From Vicugna vicugna (Eukaryota): DNA of 64,000 nucleotides. Position 1 is the first letter of the stretch. Each line of letters begins with the position of its first letter. A model generated the notes under the pieces. The model was not told the origin of the DNA. It saw nothing but the letters and a program-made list of their open reading frames with translations, and did not search any database. The DNA lies in the NCBI GenBank assembly GCA_013265495.1, contig MU058844.1:11492184-11556183 (forward strand). Reading direction: 5' to 3'. A program made the position numbers and the translations under genes. Below, piece after piece: positions 50,454 through 63,635 of this stretch.

Positions 50454-51791
50454 TCTAAGGATTTTTAGTCATTTTTGACTCTTTTTTGGTACAAATGATT
50501 GAAATCAAGAGACCTAACTCACAAATGAGGCAGCAAAATAGTTTTAGAGGAATCTTGGCATGTGATATGCTATACGTGAAAAAGAAAAATCTTTGCGATG
50601 GTCTCTTATTTTGTTGAAGACATTTTCTGGGGCTAGTTCAGCTCATACCCTTAAAAATATGAAATTGAATTATTTAAATCTGGAGTAGGACCAGCTGACA
50701 TCACTCTCTGGGATCATCACCTCTGAGGGTTCAGAACATCCTCATAATATTCATCATGTTAAGCAGAACCATCGTGATAGTTCTGAATCACTGCCATACC
50801 ATTCTACTAGGTGAGGAAAGCGTGATGGCGAAAGGAAGTGAAATGAAGGAAAATAGATAACCAATTTTTTTAGACAGTAAAATAAAGACTTAACACAGTG
50901 TCGCAGATGACAAAATGTGAAAAGCATGAAGTATGGCTTAATTCTAGTAGCAGTTGTGATAACCAGGAATAGAGATGCCTGAGCCAAAACTACCTAAACC
51001 TTGGTTGAGTTCCTGAAAAGAAGATTGGATTTTTCTACAAGCCGGGTGATTATGCAACGCAAATCAGAAAGTCAAACTTAAGGGTCACAGTTCTACAATT
51101 TCATGAAATTTCAACTTCAATATAAGTGAAAAATCAAGACTGATGGAAAAGGGATAGAATATTTTATTGAAGAAAACAGTTTTATTAGTGATATATTTTG
51201 ACTTCTTAGTTAAGAGTAAAGAGAAGGGATGGCTGCAGGGCCTCATGATTTACAGTAAACGAGAGAAACAGCAGGGATGCTGCTAAACTCACCTGTTTGA
51301 GATTTTTTTTTTTAAGTCAAATGCCTTAGATTTTCAAGTACTCTCAAAAATAATAATGGATCTTGCAAGTGACATTAAAGGGCTTCACACAATGAAATAG
51401 AGTAAAGCGGGGAATCCATAAGCAAAAATTACTTGCTGCAGATTATATGATAAGAGAATTAATGATCAAGGCCCATCTAAACATGCCTCTGGGCAATTAA
51501 CTGGCTATCTAATAAGAACAGTCTGTAAATATTTACGGCAATAAATTTGGCTTTCAATGTGTAGTTCTTCCAAAAACTGGCTTTCTCTTTCTCCTACATA
51601 TTTATTCTCAGAACAGAAAAAAAATTTGCAGACTATTTGCTCTTTAAATTTTTACCACTATAATTATATAGTTCATGCCTTTAGTTTTCTACAGAAATAC
51701 CCAGAGAAATGAATTTTTTTTTTGCATTTAAAATAAGGCTAATTTTTTTCCACTTCGTTTCTTAAACAGTAAAGAAAATTGAGTACAATAC

Positions 51792-51910
51792 CTGAAGACC
51801 TTCTCTCACTGCCTCCAGAATATAAGGTACCAAAGAATAGTTCCAGAGATCCATGAACCATACTCTAGAACCTTCCACATCCATGGGGCACGGAAGGAAA
51901 AGTCGAGGAC
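51792..51910 (-). CDS. NAV3: NAV3 coding exon (PRLFLPCPMDVEGSRVWFMDLWNYSLVPYILEAVREGLQ), 119 bp, phase 1/0
   Basis: Read manually; acceptor gtcgtctcag|GT, donor CAG|gtattg. Confidence 0.96.
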
Positions 51911-52830
51911 CTGAGACGACACAGATGACAAAACATTTTTGAGAGCTGTTATGTTTAACAGTCTGTTACATTTAGACACCATTTTGGGGGAATTAATTTA
52001 TTTCTTGCAGGATTCTTAGAAAATTGTAGTCCTAGCCAGCTTGATTATTATAAAAGTGGGTTTTACTGAAGACCCAGTCTTCAGGACTCTCCTTTCTTTA
52101 TGCACTAAAATCTTAATCTAAAACATAACATTGCAGCATTAGAAGAAACTTTAAAGGTCATAATCCAGTCAATCCGCCTCATTTTACAAATGACAAAACT
52201 AAGCTGAAACAAACTGCCAAACATAAAATATGTCATTATTTTTAGGAGTCAGCCTCCACCTTGGTCTTCTGATCCCAAATATAGAATTTTTCTTTGTACT
52301 TTACACTGTGTTTTTAGTGAGTATGACATCTTTATGATCCAAAGCAGTGGGAAGGGGACTTCTTTTGTGTGTGCAATTTAAGAAGGAAAACAAAAATAAA
52401 CAACTATATGCCAACTCAAGACAAATAACTCAAACAATCTGTCTTTATGCAAAACACAAAACACACTATCTCTAACTAAAATCCTCTCTCACAACTATAT
52501 TTGATAGGAGTCATCAGCTAAAATTTGCTTTTAGCATTAAAAGGTTACTCTAAACAGACACAATTTATTTCAAATGGTTTTTTGATTTTTAGAAATTTTT
52601 CTCTCTTAAACTTATTTAATGTCAGTAAAATCTTAGTAAATGGTAATAGTCAGACAAAATGAATCTAATTAGAGACACAAAGCTTAGAAGAAGGCAAACT
52701 TTCAGAAGAGAGAAAAATGGAAACTTGAGAAACATTAGCTTCACATGTTATTTTCTGCCATCCAATCTGGCCATCTTTTCCACGTACTCTTAGTTCCTGG
52801 AGAACGGCATATTGCAATTTTGGAACTCAC

Positions 52831-53027
52831 CAATGGTAACATCAGAAGAACTGTGTGTTTCCAAAAAACTGTTGAGATGATGCCACGTCTTGGGTATCCA
52901 ATCTATAATTTTGACTAGGTCATTATTGCGTACGTTACTTTCAATTTCCATCTCTATCAGTTTCCTTCGTAGATACCTGCCTAAAAAGCCCTTCACTGGT
53001 TCTGTGTGGTTTGCACATAGTACCCAC
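52831..53027 (-). CDS. NAV3: NAV3 coding exon (WVLCANHTEPVKGFLGRYLRRKLIEMEIESNVRNNDLVKIIDWIPKTWHHLNSFLETHSSSDVTI-G), 197 bp, phase 2/1
   Basis: Acceptor ctttctgtag|G, donor ATTG|gtgagt; overlaps ORF 52790..52996. Confidence 0.97.
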
Positions 53028-53597
53028 CTACAGAAAGAAAAAAAAAATCCAGAAATCTTTATATAAATAAATCTTTAAATCCACAGTGATTCTCTTTCCA
53101 ATACAAAGTAGTAACGTTCCTATTTCAGTTGCTGGCTAGGTTTTAATGATCAAAGGGGTTAGAAAGTCTATTAGCACTAGAGCTGTAATGTAACTAACTT
53201 TTGTTTCTGAGCTAAAGACAAGCTCGTGTGCATCAGCAGTGAGTGGGTGTGTACACGCTGAGCCCTCTTCTGTAGGAAAATCACGAGTCCTGAAATAGGA
53301 ACTCTCTTCACATTTCTCACACGTAGAAGAAAAGTGCTCCACTTTAACCGGTGACATAGTGAGCAGGAAAAACATTTCTTTTCTCTTGTTTTTTTTTAAA
53401 GAAACACTTCTGATTACAGGATGAGGATCACAAAATGTCTGCTTGAGAAAGACTGTCAGAGGAAGTGAGAATTATTTTCACACCCCCAGGTCACCACTGG
53501 CAGGATTTGTCAACGTACAAATGGAAAAACACCGGCCAAAAGCAAACAGAAAGGGACAATACCCAAAAAAAGCAAAACACATTCAATTGATCTTTAC

Positions 53598-53669
53598 CTG
53601 AAATTGTGATGCAGCTCTAGATTTGGTGATGAAGAAACTCCCTGATTCATCGTCCCAATGATATACGGA
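53598..53669 (-). CDS. NAV3: NAV3 coding exon (PYIIGTMNQGVSSSPNLELHHNF-R), 72 bp, phase 2/2
   Basis: Read manually; acceptor tctttccag|T, donor TTCAG|gtaaag. Confidence 0.96.
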
Positions 53670-54735
53670 CTGGAAAGACATAGAAAGCAAACATGTACTA
53701 AAGGTAAAAGAGATTATTATATTAAAATGGTCTCAGATAACAATTTAGATAAACATGGATTATTCCATTTTAACATTTGGCTGTAAAAGGGTAACTCTGT
53801 GATGTTAGGTTGGAAAATGACAAAGATCACTGAACCGAAATTTATTAAGATTTGGGGTTCATTTTCAGCTCTGGCATCCTAGGCAAATCATTTTAATCAT
53901 TTTTCACCTCTAAATTCACATTTATTTGTCTATAAAATAGAAAGTTTAGATAGAATAATGATACTGGTCTCTCTCCACTCTAACATCTTCTGATTCCTAT
54001 GCTTATAATCCAATTCACTAATTTTTCTTTTATTATTTCATAATTATTTCAAAGGTCCTTAATAGCATGAAAGAATTTTTATTTCAATATTTTGATTCAA
54101 TATTTATTTTATGGTGATTAACTTTTAGCATTTAAAAAATCTTCACCAGAGATTAACAGGGATACTTACACCATTAAAACTAATCTTTACATTGTTGCTC
54201 TGAAATGTCCTTTTTTAGAGGCCATACTACAGTGAATCTTAAGTGGGTCTTCAGGTTTTTTTATACCCTACTTTAACCTTGTCTGTCACGTAAAGAGTTA
54301 AAAAATCAGAGTCACTGATGGAGAGCGGTATATCTGAATGCATTAAATTTATCTCTATAGGAAGGTTGAATTTAAACTTTAATATGAACTAAGAATGAAA
54401 CCAGAGCTCTGCAGCCCCCTTCTAGTTCTTAATTTCCTGATTCAAACATTCTATTACTGATAATTAGTCTCCCAGACAGTCAGCATATCTGCAGTAGTTA
54501 ACATCATCCAGTGAATAATGTTTCCATTAAAGGGCCTGGGGATGTAGTTGTTGAATGAATAAATAGCTGTTCAAATGAAAACACAGAGATTCTTCGGAAA
54601 TATGGTATAATAGTAATGAAGGTTTCTCAAATTAATGGCATTTGCTATAGGTCTTAAAAGTTATAAAGGCACCAGAATGCAATACAGCTCACCACTTCTT
54701 CGTATTTCATCGTTCAGAGTATTTTACAAGCATAC

Positions 54736-54890
54736 CATTTGTTGTATTTACAGTTGAGGAAACCATTGAAGATATCACTCAGAGAGCCCACGTGATGAAG
54801 ATTATCAAGAATTATTACAACAGGAAGCTCTGCACCGTTATTATCAGCACTGCACTGTTCGGCCAGGTTAGCTAGGTACTGTTGCAATTC
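54736..54890 (-). CDS. NAV3: NAV3 coding exon (ELQQYLANLAEQCSADNNGAELPVVIILDNLHHVGSLSDIFNGFLNCKYNK-C) with Walker B-like VVIILDN, 155 bp, phase 0/2
   Basis: Read manually (absent from the ORF track); acceptor ttttttaaag|GAA, donor AAATG|gtatgc; phases fit both neighbours. Confidence 0.96.
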
Positions 54891-55050
54891 CTTTAAAAAA
54901 ATTATGAAAACAAATATATCAATGATAAATTTGTACCAATGGCGAGCAATTCATAGGAATAGCACATTTTGTGTTCTATCCAGGTTCTTTGATTAAAACC
55001 CATAAATCATTCCATTGATACAAAACCTTATTTTACAAAGCAAAAAAAAG

Positions 55051-55068
55051 ATATATATATATATATAT
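55051..55068. repeat. (TA)n microsatellite
   Basis: atatatatatatatatat. Confidence 0.9.
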
Positions 55069-55809
55069 GTATAATTTGAGAGGATGCATTTTTTAAAGGA
55101 GAAAAGCCAGTACAGAACACCTGAAGCAAATATAAAACTGAAAACACAAGGACATATTTCTCAGTTGTTTTCTTCCCAGAAGAAAAGCCAAAAAAATAAG
55201 ATTTCTGGATATGAGCTCTTAAGATAAACCACAAATGTTGAGACTTCAGTTTTGTTTGTGACTTTACAATGACAAAGATGGATTTTAGAAAACTTTATAA
55301 TTTCAAGTGTAGACTAAATGGCACCCCCAAATTACCACTAATACTTCAAATATTTTAATTTATTTTGATGAGGTGCATCTGAAAATATACACCTGGGACT
55401 TAAGTAAAACTGTGGTTGGTTGGTTATTTATTTATTATCCTCATGCAACTGCTGTAATTTTAAACAAAGACAATTTTTTTTATATTTCACAGGGTCACTT
55501 GACATTAGCACTTAGCATTTATTAAGCTTCTTGGTTCTTTACAGGTATTATTCCTTTCTAATAGCTTTTAATCTAAATATGGTAACCAGTTCACTGATTG
55601 CTCTCACAGATGGGTAGGCCAGGACTATAATTAGGTTTCTTAGAATTATCCTAATCAGTAAGAGCATTTCCATAATATTTGCATATTTACAATGACATTT
55701 TCAATTTGTAAATCTTGCTCAGGGTTAAGAAAACAATTTCATTATGGACCCTGAGTAACGAATAGAATCCCAAGTGATAAGCATGCCATTTTTTTTTCTC
55801 TCAACACAG

Positions 55810-57700
55810 CTTTAGCAAGCACCTACTAGGTGCCAGGTACTCTGGCACCAAGGATTTAGAGATTACTCCTATATTCCAGGCTTTAGAGTTGATAAACAGA
55901 AAGGCAGGTCAACAAGTAAATCACAATGCAGTGGGATAAGTGAAATGCACAAAAACTACAGAAAAACTAAAGACAGCATCTAACCGAGATTTAAGACTCA
56001 GAGGACAACAGAGGATGGGGATGGCGGTATGACTAAAGAATAAAGGGAAAAAAGAAAAAGCTGGAAGATACGAGTGTTTGATGTGTTTGGAGAAATAACA
56101 GTGTTCTACTTTTGCAAAAGAAATGGTACATGGTGGCAGTGCTTGCAATGAAAGAAAAATCAGAAAAGACTGAATCCATGCAGAGGAATGTGGATTTTAC
56201 TATATAAATAACTGTGGACCACTGACATGTTGCTGTTGTGGTTTTCAGCAGGTAAAAAAAAAAATATTTATCAAAGGAAACATAAACGTGACGGATATGA
56301 TGATTAATTAGAATTGCAAAAGGCATTCTAGAAGCTTACTGCCCAGAACAGAAGGTGAGGCGTGCATACGGATAACCAGAGTTCACAGTGAAAAGTGACA
56401 CATTACCTCAAAGGAGTGCACACCAAAGATTTTTGTTCAGAGCATGGAGAGATTACCTGTAGCTGCTGGGAACGACTTTCTGTTGGCAGTATTGCTTCCT
56501 ATGAACCCTTTATTTTTAAGATTAGGTAATACTTTAATGGTTAAACATAGAAGAAGAGCTTTCCACATGGAGGAAGAACAACCAAAGACAGAAACACAAA
56601 ACTATGATACCCATGCAGGAAAGAACTAGTAATATACGCTTTGTAGATGTAAATAGTGGTAAGCAAGTTGGAAAGGAAAGTCTGCAGCCTTGAATGATTG
56701 TAAGATTACTGGACTTTTCCTGCTGACAGTGAAGAAACACTGGCTGGGAGATCTGAGTAATGCAGTCAGAATCGTGATTTCCAAGTATGGTAAGTACATT
56801 GTGGAGGAGGAAGAGAAACCGGTCAAGAGAATAACAAAGTTGCTGAAGCCAAGAGACACTGTGGGACTCAAGAGGGGTAACAGAAGCATGGGTAGACTTT
56901 TGACCTAGTGCAGAAAGCAAGGGGGAACACTGCAGGATTTTACTAAAGTGGTGAGATTTTAATTATGAAAAGACACCCTGTTTCCATGGAGTGAAAGGAT
57001 TAAGTAGGGAGAGAGAAGAGAATTGAACAGAATTTGTAAATAGAGCAGTTAGTACACAACTGCAGTAGCTGAAGTGGTGGGATGTTTATTTGGGGAGGAG
57101 GGTGGTGGTAGTGGAGACGGATGGAAGAAGATGCATGGATGGTAATATTTTCAGAGCTGAAATTGGGATTTCTAAACATGTATATTTAGCATGCTAAGGG
57201 AAACGTATTTGTAAGCTAATACAAATGTCTACCATATGGGAGAGTGGGCATGGCTAACAGTGTCCAACTGGAGTCAGTACAAGTTGGAACGGGGTAGGGG
57301 GTGAGGGGGAGTCATCCAGATGAGAACAGAATTGAGAGACAACAGAATGCTGGGGGATATTTTCAGTTACTGGCAGGTGAAGGAAGAGTGGTCAGTGAAA
57401 GAGACTGAGAAGGAAAGGTGAGAAGGAAAGAAGCAGAATAGTAATCAGGAAAATGAGAACCATCTCTGGAAAGGGGAGACCAATTATAGTAATTTGCTAT
57501 GCCTAGATCAGAAGAAAGAGAGAAGAAGATGATAAGGAAGAAGATGAAGAAGAGTAGGAGGAGGAGGAAGAAGAGGAAAATGAGGAGGAGAAGTAAAAGG
57601 AAGAAGGGGAGAGGGAGGAAGGAAGCGGGAGAGGGGAAGCAGTGGCCACAAAGGGCACTGAATTTGGCAATAAAGAAATCACTGGATGATTCTGGAAAAA
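55810..57700 (+). mobile_element. Discontinuous LINE-2 fragments in a NAV3 intron
   Basis: agcacctactaggtgccaggtactctgg; gagactgagaaggaaaggtgagaagg; aaatcactggatgatt. Confidence 0.5.
57509..57640 (+). repeat. Purine-rich (GAA/GGA)n low-complexity tract
   Basis: gaagaagatgataaggaagaagatgaagaagagtaggaggaggaggaagaagagg... Confidence 0.9.
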
Positions 57701-58985
57701 CCGGGCCATTAGATTCTGTTATGGTTCTCTCTCAGCTTGAGAAGGGTAGTAGATCCCTTTGGGAATCTAATGATAGCTATGGACCAGTCCCAAGTAGAAA
57801 CAGGCATACACAAAGAATTTACTCACATAACCTGAGTTTTTTTTTTCCAAACTCCTTTGAAATCACTTCCTGCTCCCCACTCTAGCCTAACTGGGGTAAA
57901 ATCTTAGATTGACGTATTGATTCATTAGCATTAAAAGTTTCATGTCCAGGATCTACTCAGGCAGCACAAAACAGGTATATCTACCAGATGGTCACAGATA
58001 ATGAGATGAAACCCACACTTTGAAAATATACACAGAACACAGCTGTTATATACAACCTGTTTATCACTGCTTTCTCTGGTTTTGACTATAGACACCCTCA
58101 AAATGAATCTGCCAAGTCCAGTATTCTGATCTTTCCCCACCTAACATTCCAAGTGGCTTCTGCTGGCCACATCGTCTTTGCTAAATCCATCTCGAGCCTT
58201 CTGGGCCCACTATATCAAATGTCACAAAGTGTAACTGTTTATGTGTCTTGCTCTCAATCAACATATTCCAGCTGGCAGCTCAAGAGAGGGCTTGAAGAGT
58301 GGGAAGAGGGACAGAACGTAAAATGCAGAAGGCACCAGACACATGAAAAGATGTTTTTCTCTTTGATGGTTTATTGTTCAATTTTTTTGGAATCAATGAG
58401 CGCTATGTGGCTCGGTTCCTTCAGAGCCATCTAGGCACAGCATAAAGAACGTCAACAGTCGCCCAGCTCCAGTTCTCGGGGAAAGAATTTATTATTTCAT
58501 TCCTCATTCACACGTTGCGTTAGTACATCTACGGTTAGCTGCTATCCCTCCCACAATGCAGTTTCTCATCCCTCTTGCTCTACACCACTCTCATGTACCA
58601 CACCCACCCCTCCCTCCAAAAAGTATGGATTCTCTGACAATTTGGCAAGAACTGGCCATGTCTCTCTCAGTTGAAATGAGAATGGGGGATTCAACCACCA
58701 TCTGAATAGTGCTGAGTTCCAGGGAAATGTTCAGAATGCATGGGTTGTATTCATTTAACAGCAGGAGATCCCATTGGGCTTCATATACATCTTTGTTCTC
58801 CTTGAAACATACAGGTAAGACACTTGAACAAGGGTCTCTGTGTGTGATGGGGTTAGGTGGTCCGTATGGGTCTGTGTGTGTTTGTGTAAGAAACCCTCAT
58901 TGGGTGTCAAGGGCTGTAATTGCTAACTGCAGGCAACACTTACACTGTGCTTGCAACTAATATACTGTTCTCTCATCTCCCTGCT

Positions 58986-59036
58986 TCTCTCTCTCTGTCC
59001 CCCCCGCCACACACAGACACACACACACACACACAC
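58986..59036. repeat. Compound (CT)n / C-run / (CA)n microsatellite
   Basis: ttctctctctctgtcccccccgccacacacagacacacacacacacacac. Confidence 0.9.
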
Positions 59037-60159
59037 TGATTTAGTCTTTGCCACGACCCCACTATTTTTCCCATTTTACAGCTGGGAAAACTAGAGCACA
59101 AGGAAATGCAACAGTTGGCCCCAGGTCTGATAACTGGTCACTGGATGGACTTAATAAACTCCTCCTTTAACAATTTTTTTGTTGGCTAAACTAAATGTCT
59201 TGTTTATTTCAAGAATCCAGTGGATCTGGGTTGCTTTTAGGAGATATATTTCTTTTCTAAAAATATGCAGGCCTGAGGTTTTCAGAAGGCTGGACCAGTC
59301 TGGATCCTCTAACCAGGTTATCTTTGGACAAATAACACGACCCAGTATCGCCTGGACTATGGGACGTACTGCTTATAAGAAGTGTAGTTTCCTAAGAGGA
59401 CCTTAGGTTGCACTGACTGGGAATGTAATGAATAATTATTGGCAAAAATAGGCCAGTGTGAGGAATATGTGAGGCACTGACTATCTCCTTCTTAGGATTC
59501 TTTATGTCACTCAGAATCTACGGAAGTACTGGCTGGTTTTATAGCCCCTCATGCTTGTTTAAGAGCTAAAAACGTTCAGGATGATTATGATGGTACATTT
59601 GACCTTAGCTGAGGTGAAATGGAATATTATTCAATTTCCCAAGGTTCCTAAGCAGAAATCCAGTAGAAACACAACATAAACAAACTGCTGCTCTCAGAAT
59701 CTCTGCCTAGAATATATTAATTATACCCAAATCCCCATGGCTGCAACACCCGAGTTAATTCCTCCTTCTTTATTTTGACCCAGATCGAGTCTGACTTTGT
59801 ATAAACCTCTGATTCCTCCAGTAAGAGCTATCCTGGCCTCCTGCTTCTAGAAGCATTTGCATGGCTCTCTTTCTGCTCTCACCCTTCCTAAATGGATGTC
59901 TAAGAGTGATCAGACAAAAGAGATTGTCATTTTCTTCCATCCATTCCCAATGCTCGTGAAGTGCCTGATAACTGAAATGTCAGCGCGCACTCTTGTTCGA
60001 ATTCATGAAACAGGGTTTCGTCATTCACCAGATTCCCATTTAAGTCAAAGAGATGATGTTTCCATGGACGATATGGAAGTCTTCTATACTCTTGAAGCCT
60101 AGTTGCTTCAGACCCTTACTGACCAGCAGCAACAGTTCTCTGGGGAGTCTGGGACTTAC

Positions 60160-60395
60160 CTTGCTAGACTTGTGGTCCACATTAAAAGTGGCAATTGCAT
60201 CCTCCATCTTCTTCCTTCCGGATTTGGTTATTACATATTCGGCAAGTTTGTTTGCTAAATAGGTCTTTCCAGTACCACTAGGTCCCGAGAGTATAATTCT
60301 GTGATGCTCCATCAACAAGTTAAAGTACCTTTGAGTAATTGGCTTAGGAATCAGCGTATCAAAAACAAAACTGTCCAAACTGTTTTCTTCTACCC
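60160..60395 (-). CDS. NAV3: NAV3 coding exon containing Walker A/P-loop GPSGTGKT (60262-60285), 236 bp, phase 1/0
   Basis: Acceptor cccttcag|GG, donor AAG|gtaagt; peptide VEENSLDSFVFDTLIPKPITQRYFNLLMEHHRIILSGPSGTGKTYLANKLAEY...NVDHKSSK. Confidence 0.98.
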
Positions 60396-61556
60396 CTGAA
60401 GGGAGAAACAAAGGGGAGAGCGTGCCTTAACGTCCTACATACGCTAGAATTAAAAAATGTAGCGTCAACTGGCTACGGGCTTTGTTAGCTGGAGGAAGGC
60501 AGTCCTTGCAAAGCACTTTCTTTGGTATTTCTAGCCCACAACCGTGTTACTATTTTAAGACAGAAAACATCAGTAATGAAGCAAAGTGAACGTCCCAGTG
60601 AAAGCCAGCCCTTCCCTTTCGTTCGGGCTTCCCTCCACGGTCTACTTCCTGTTTCTCACTGAGGTTTCCAGAGAGAAATGGAAGCATTACTATGAATTCT
60701 ATCAACACAACCTTCCTTCCCTTTGAAGGTGGCATTTTTGTTAAGAATAAATGCAAAGATTAAAATGAAACTTGTAAATGTGTGTCATGGTCTTCTCTTT
60801 TTCTTCCTCTTTTCTCCTTCCTCTTGATTTCTCTCTTTCTCTCATTACACATCCCAGTTGCACAGCCCCTTAAACTTTTGAAGAATATGAATTGTGATAT
60901 TTGGCAAGGGATTAAGAAGGAGAGCAACAGTATCTCCTTTCACGAACCCAATCACCTGAATCATGAAATCAAATATTGACCAACCAGTCTATTAATCCGC
61001 AGTTGATATAGACGTATTCTGACTCTTTGACATACATGAACAAGGAATTACATAGACAAGCATACTTTAGATATTCCACTTGCCTAGAATTAATCACATT
61101 ATCCAAAGCAAAGAGAATCTCATCCCTGGTGCTTAACTTCCATTCTCCTTCCCCAGTGGGTATTTATTGGTTATACGTATTTTAAAATTAAAGATACAGT
61201 GGTGAACATGTTACCATGGAACATGCCATAAACTTTCTGAATCTTCCCTAAATGAAAGATGACAGTGAAGAAAACCTAGAAATTTGCTAAATCACATTCT
61301 TTTTTGTGAGTCTTGGAGAATCTTCAAAATTACACCTCAAAACTCAAAGAGTCCCATTTACTTGGATTTGTGTGTTTTTAGTAGGATTTTAGTGTTTTAA
61401 GTATAAAGATGGTTCATTTCCTACCAACATTGTCGAAGTGGCTAATTAGTTTTCAAATATGAACATTGGAAGGAAAACCGCAAAAAAGAAAAGAAAAAGA
61501 AATATTGGTAAAAAAAAAAAACACAGTTGTGCTTTTCTTTCTACTTTTACTCTTAC

Positions 61557-61725
61557 CTTTCAGATTCACAGTGATAATATTATTATCGCCAACAAGGTAT
61601 CCACAAGGCAGGAGTTCAGGCACTTCTAGGCTGTGAGATCTGATTAAATCTCCTATACAGTAGCTGGCAATACAGTCAGAACTGAGACCAAGGCTAGCGG
61701 ATGTATCAATTCGGAACACATACTC
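61557..61725 (-). CDS. NAV3: NAV3 coding exon (EYVFRIDTSASLGLSSDCIASYCIGDLIRSHSLEVPELLPCGYLVGDNNIITVNLK-G), 169 bp, phase 0/1
   Basis: Acceptor ttttag|GAG, donor AAAG|gtaaga; 56 codons + 1 nt; the frame continues into the next exon. Confidence 0.97.
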
Positions 61726-62002
61726 CTAAAATGGTGTACACAGAAAAGGAAAGTCAAAACGGAGTTCCAGCTCCTGTACAACAAATACAAAATTCATGGG
61801 GACGTGAAGCTAGCAGTCAAGAATTTTAGAAACAGGTAAAATCAGAACTATGAATATCAAACGGCATAAGGAGAGAAAGCTTCCCTTAGTGTTTGAAATA
61901 GAGGAGCGGAAAAGCAGATTTATCAATGCCGTTGAAGCTGAGGAAAGCGTCCAAAGCGAAACACATTTGAAAACTCGTATCCGGATACCTTGCACAGCTT
62001 AC

Positions 62003-62098
62003 CTTAAAGAGACGTCTAATCACACCGTCTAAGACATCCCACTTGGTTTTTCCACTAACACCAATGGATCCTATCAAATAGGCCTGAGACTTCTGGTC
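62003..62098 (-). CDS. NAV3: NAV3 internal coding exon (DQKSQAYLIGSIGVSGKTKWDVLDGVIRRLFK), 96 bp, phase 0/0; upstream exons lie beyond the window
   Basis: Acceptor ctcctttag|GAC and donor AAG|gtaagc on the minus strand; peptide matches the recalled vertebrate NAV3 C-terminal region. Confidence 0.97.
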
Positions 62099-63260
62099 CT
62101 AAAGGAGAACAAAATAAAACAAGATAAAACCCAGCCGTGTGCCTTGTCTTATTACTACATCTTCTACTAGGTCATATTAATAGAGTGGTAATTAACACTA
62201 AAATATGTATGAAGCCTATGGGGTTTATAATAACAAATATACACAGTGGGTTATATAAAATACAAAATACCCCAATCAACCAACAAACCAGTCAACCAAA
62301 GAAACAAATTAACAGTAATAGCAACAAAAACAAGAAGGAAAGTGGTATGGTCAAGGAAAACGGATTCATGCATGACCTGTTCAGCAGAAGGGAAAATGAC
62401 CAGGGGAGAAGGGTCTGCCCTTTTAATGCAGTGGGTGCATCTGGAGAAGCAGCAGCTTGGTAGGAGGGAAACGGTGACAGAGATGGACTAGAACTACCTA
62501 GGACTTCATCTCATTATTGTTGTGATCTTATCTTTGTTAAGTCTAAATCTCAGGGTTTTTTTTTTTTTTTTAGATTATCTCTAAAATCCAATCCAGCTTT
62601 GGAAAACAAGTTATCCACGGTAGTGTGGCATTCACATATTTACAAGACAGGTCCCATCTTGAATGTCCAGGAAAATTTAATATTTAAAAGGACTTGCCAA
62701 AGAATCCTACTGGACTTACTTTGTCAAGCAAAGACTTCCTCTATTTATATTAATATTAAGAATTCCTTTATTTGTATTAATAACAGTCCCAAATTTATCT
62801 TGCTTGTAGGATGAGATTTTGAGGAATTGCTACAAGGTACAGAAAAATAAACAACTCAAGATTTATAGACTAACTGAAGCCTCTTTTATGTTGACTGGAA
62901 TGGTGACATGAGACAGTGATCATGACACCAGCAGATGTAACTAGATAGTTGATGTATCACAATTCTGGCTCAAGGAACCAACTTGCATTGTCCTTAAGAG
63001 GTGGCAGAAAAATAAATGAGCCAGGTGTTAGAAGACATGGATTCTACAACACACAACATCTACCATGTAACTAAGAAATGTGACATTAGGTTAAGTCACG
63101 TAGCCGACTCAGAGCCTCAATTTCTTCATCTGTAACATTTAACTCTATAAGGGTAAATGATTATCACCATTGTTTAGATATAACCTGACTAGAAGCCAAT
63201 ATTTTTTACAGAAAAAAGTTGAGAAATTCACAGCAAAACCATTGTTATGATTTTAACTAC

Positions 63261-63635
63261 TGTTGTAGACAACGTTTGTGTCTTCCCCAAATTCATAACC
63301 CTCGATGGGATAGTATTTGGAAATGCAGCCAGCAAGAGGTAACAAGTTAGATTAGGCCATTAGAGTGGCTCTCTCGTCATGGGATTAGTGGCCTTCCAAG
63401 TAGGTGACGTAGGGTGGAGATCTCTCTCCCTCCCCCCAAGTACACGCACTGAGGAAAGACCATTTGAGAACATAGCAAGGAGGCGGCCATCTGCATCCCA
63501 AGGAGAGAGCCCTCAACAGAAACAAAATCAGCCAGTACCTTGATCTTGGACTTCATGACTGTGAGAAAATAAATTTCTGTCGTTCAGGTCACCCAATCTA
63601 TAATATTTTTACCATAACCCAAGAAAACTAAGATA
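63261..63635 (+). mobile_element. MaLR solo LTR (MLT1A-like) with a perfect 5-bp TSD actac
   Basis: actac at 63256-63260 and 63636-63640; gggattagtggcctt; actgtgagaaaataaatttctgtcg. Confidence 0.85.

Noticed and set aside
57499..57885. 128-aa Arg/Lys-rich ORF resembling a protamine or nucleic-acid-binding protein
   Set aside because: It is the translation of a (GAA/GGA)n low-complexity tract within L2 relics in a NAV3 intron; there is no other sign of a gene.
61204..61228. Two p53-like half-sites (gaacatgtta ... gaacatgcca)
   Set aside because: Both half-sites have mismatches and they are separated by a spacer; this is a weak match.
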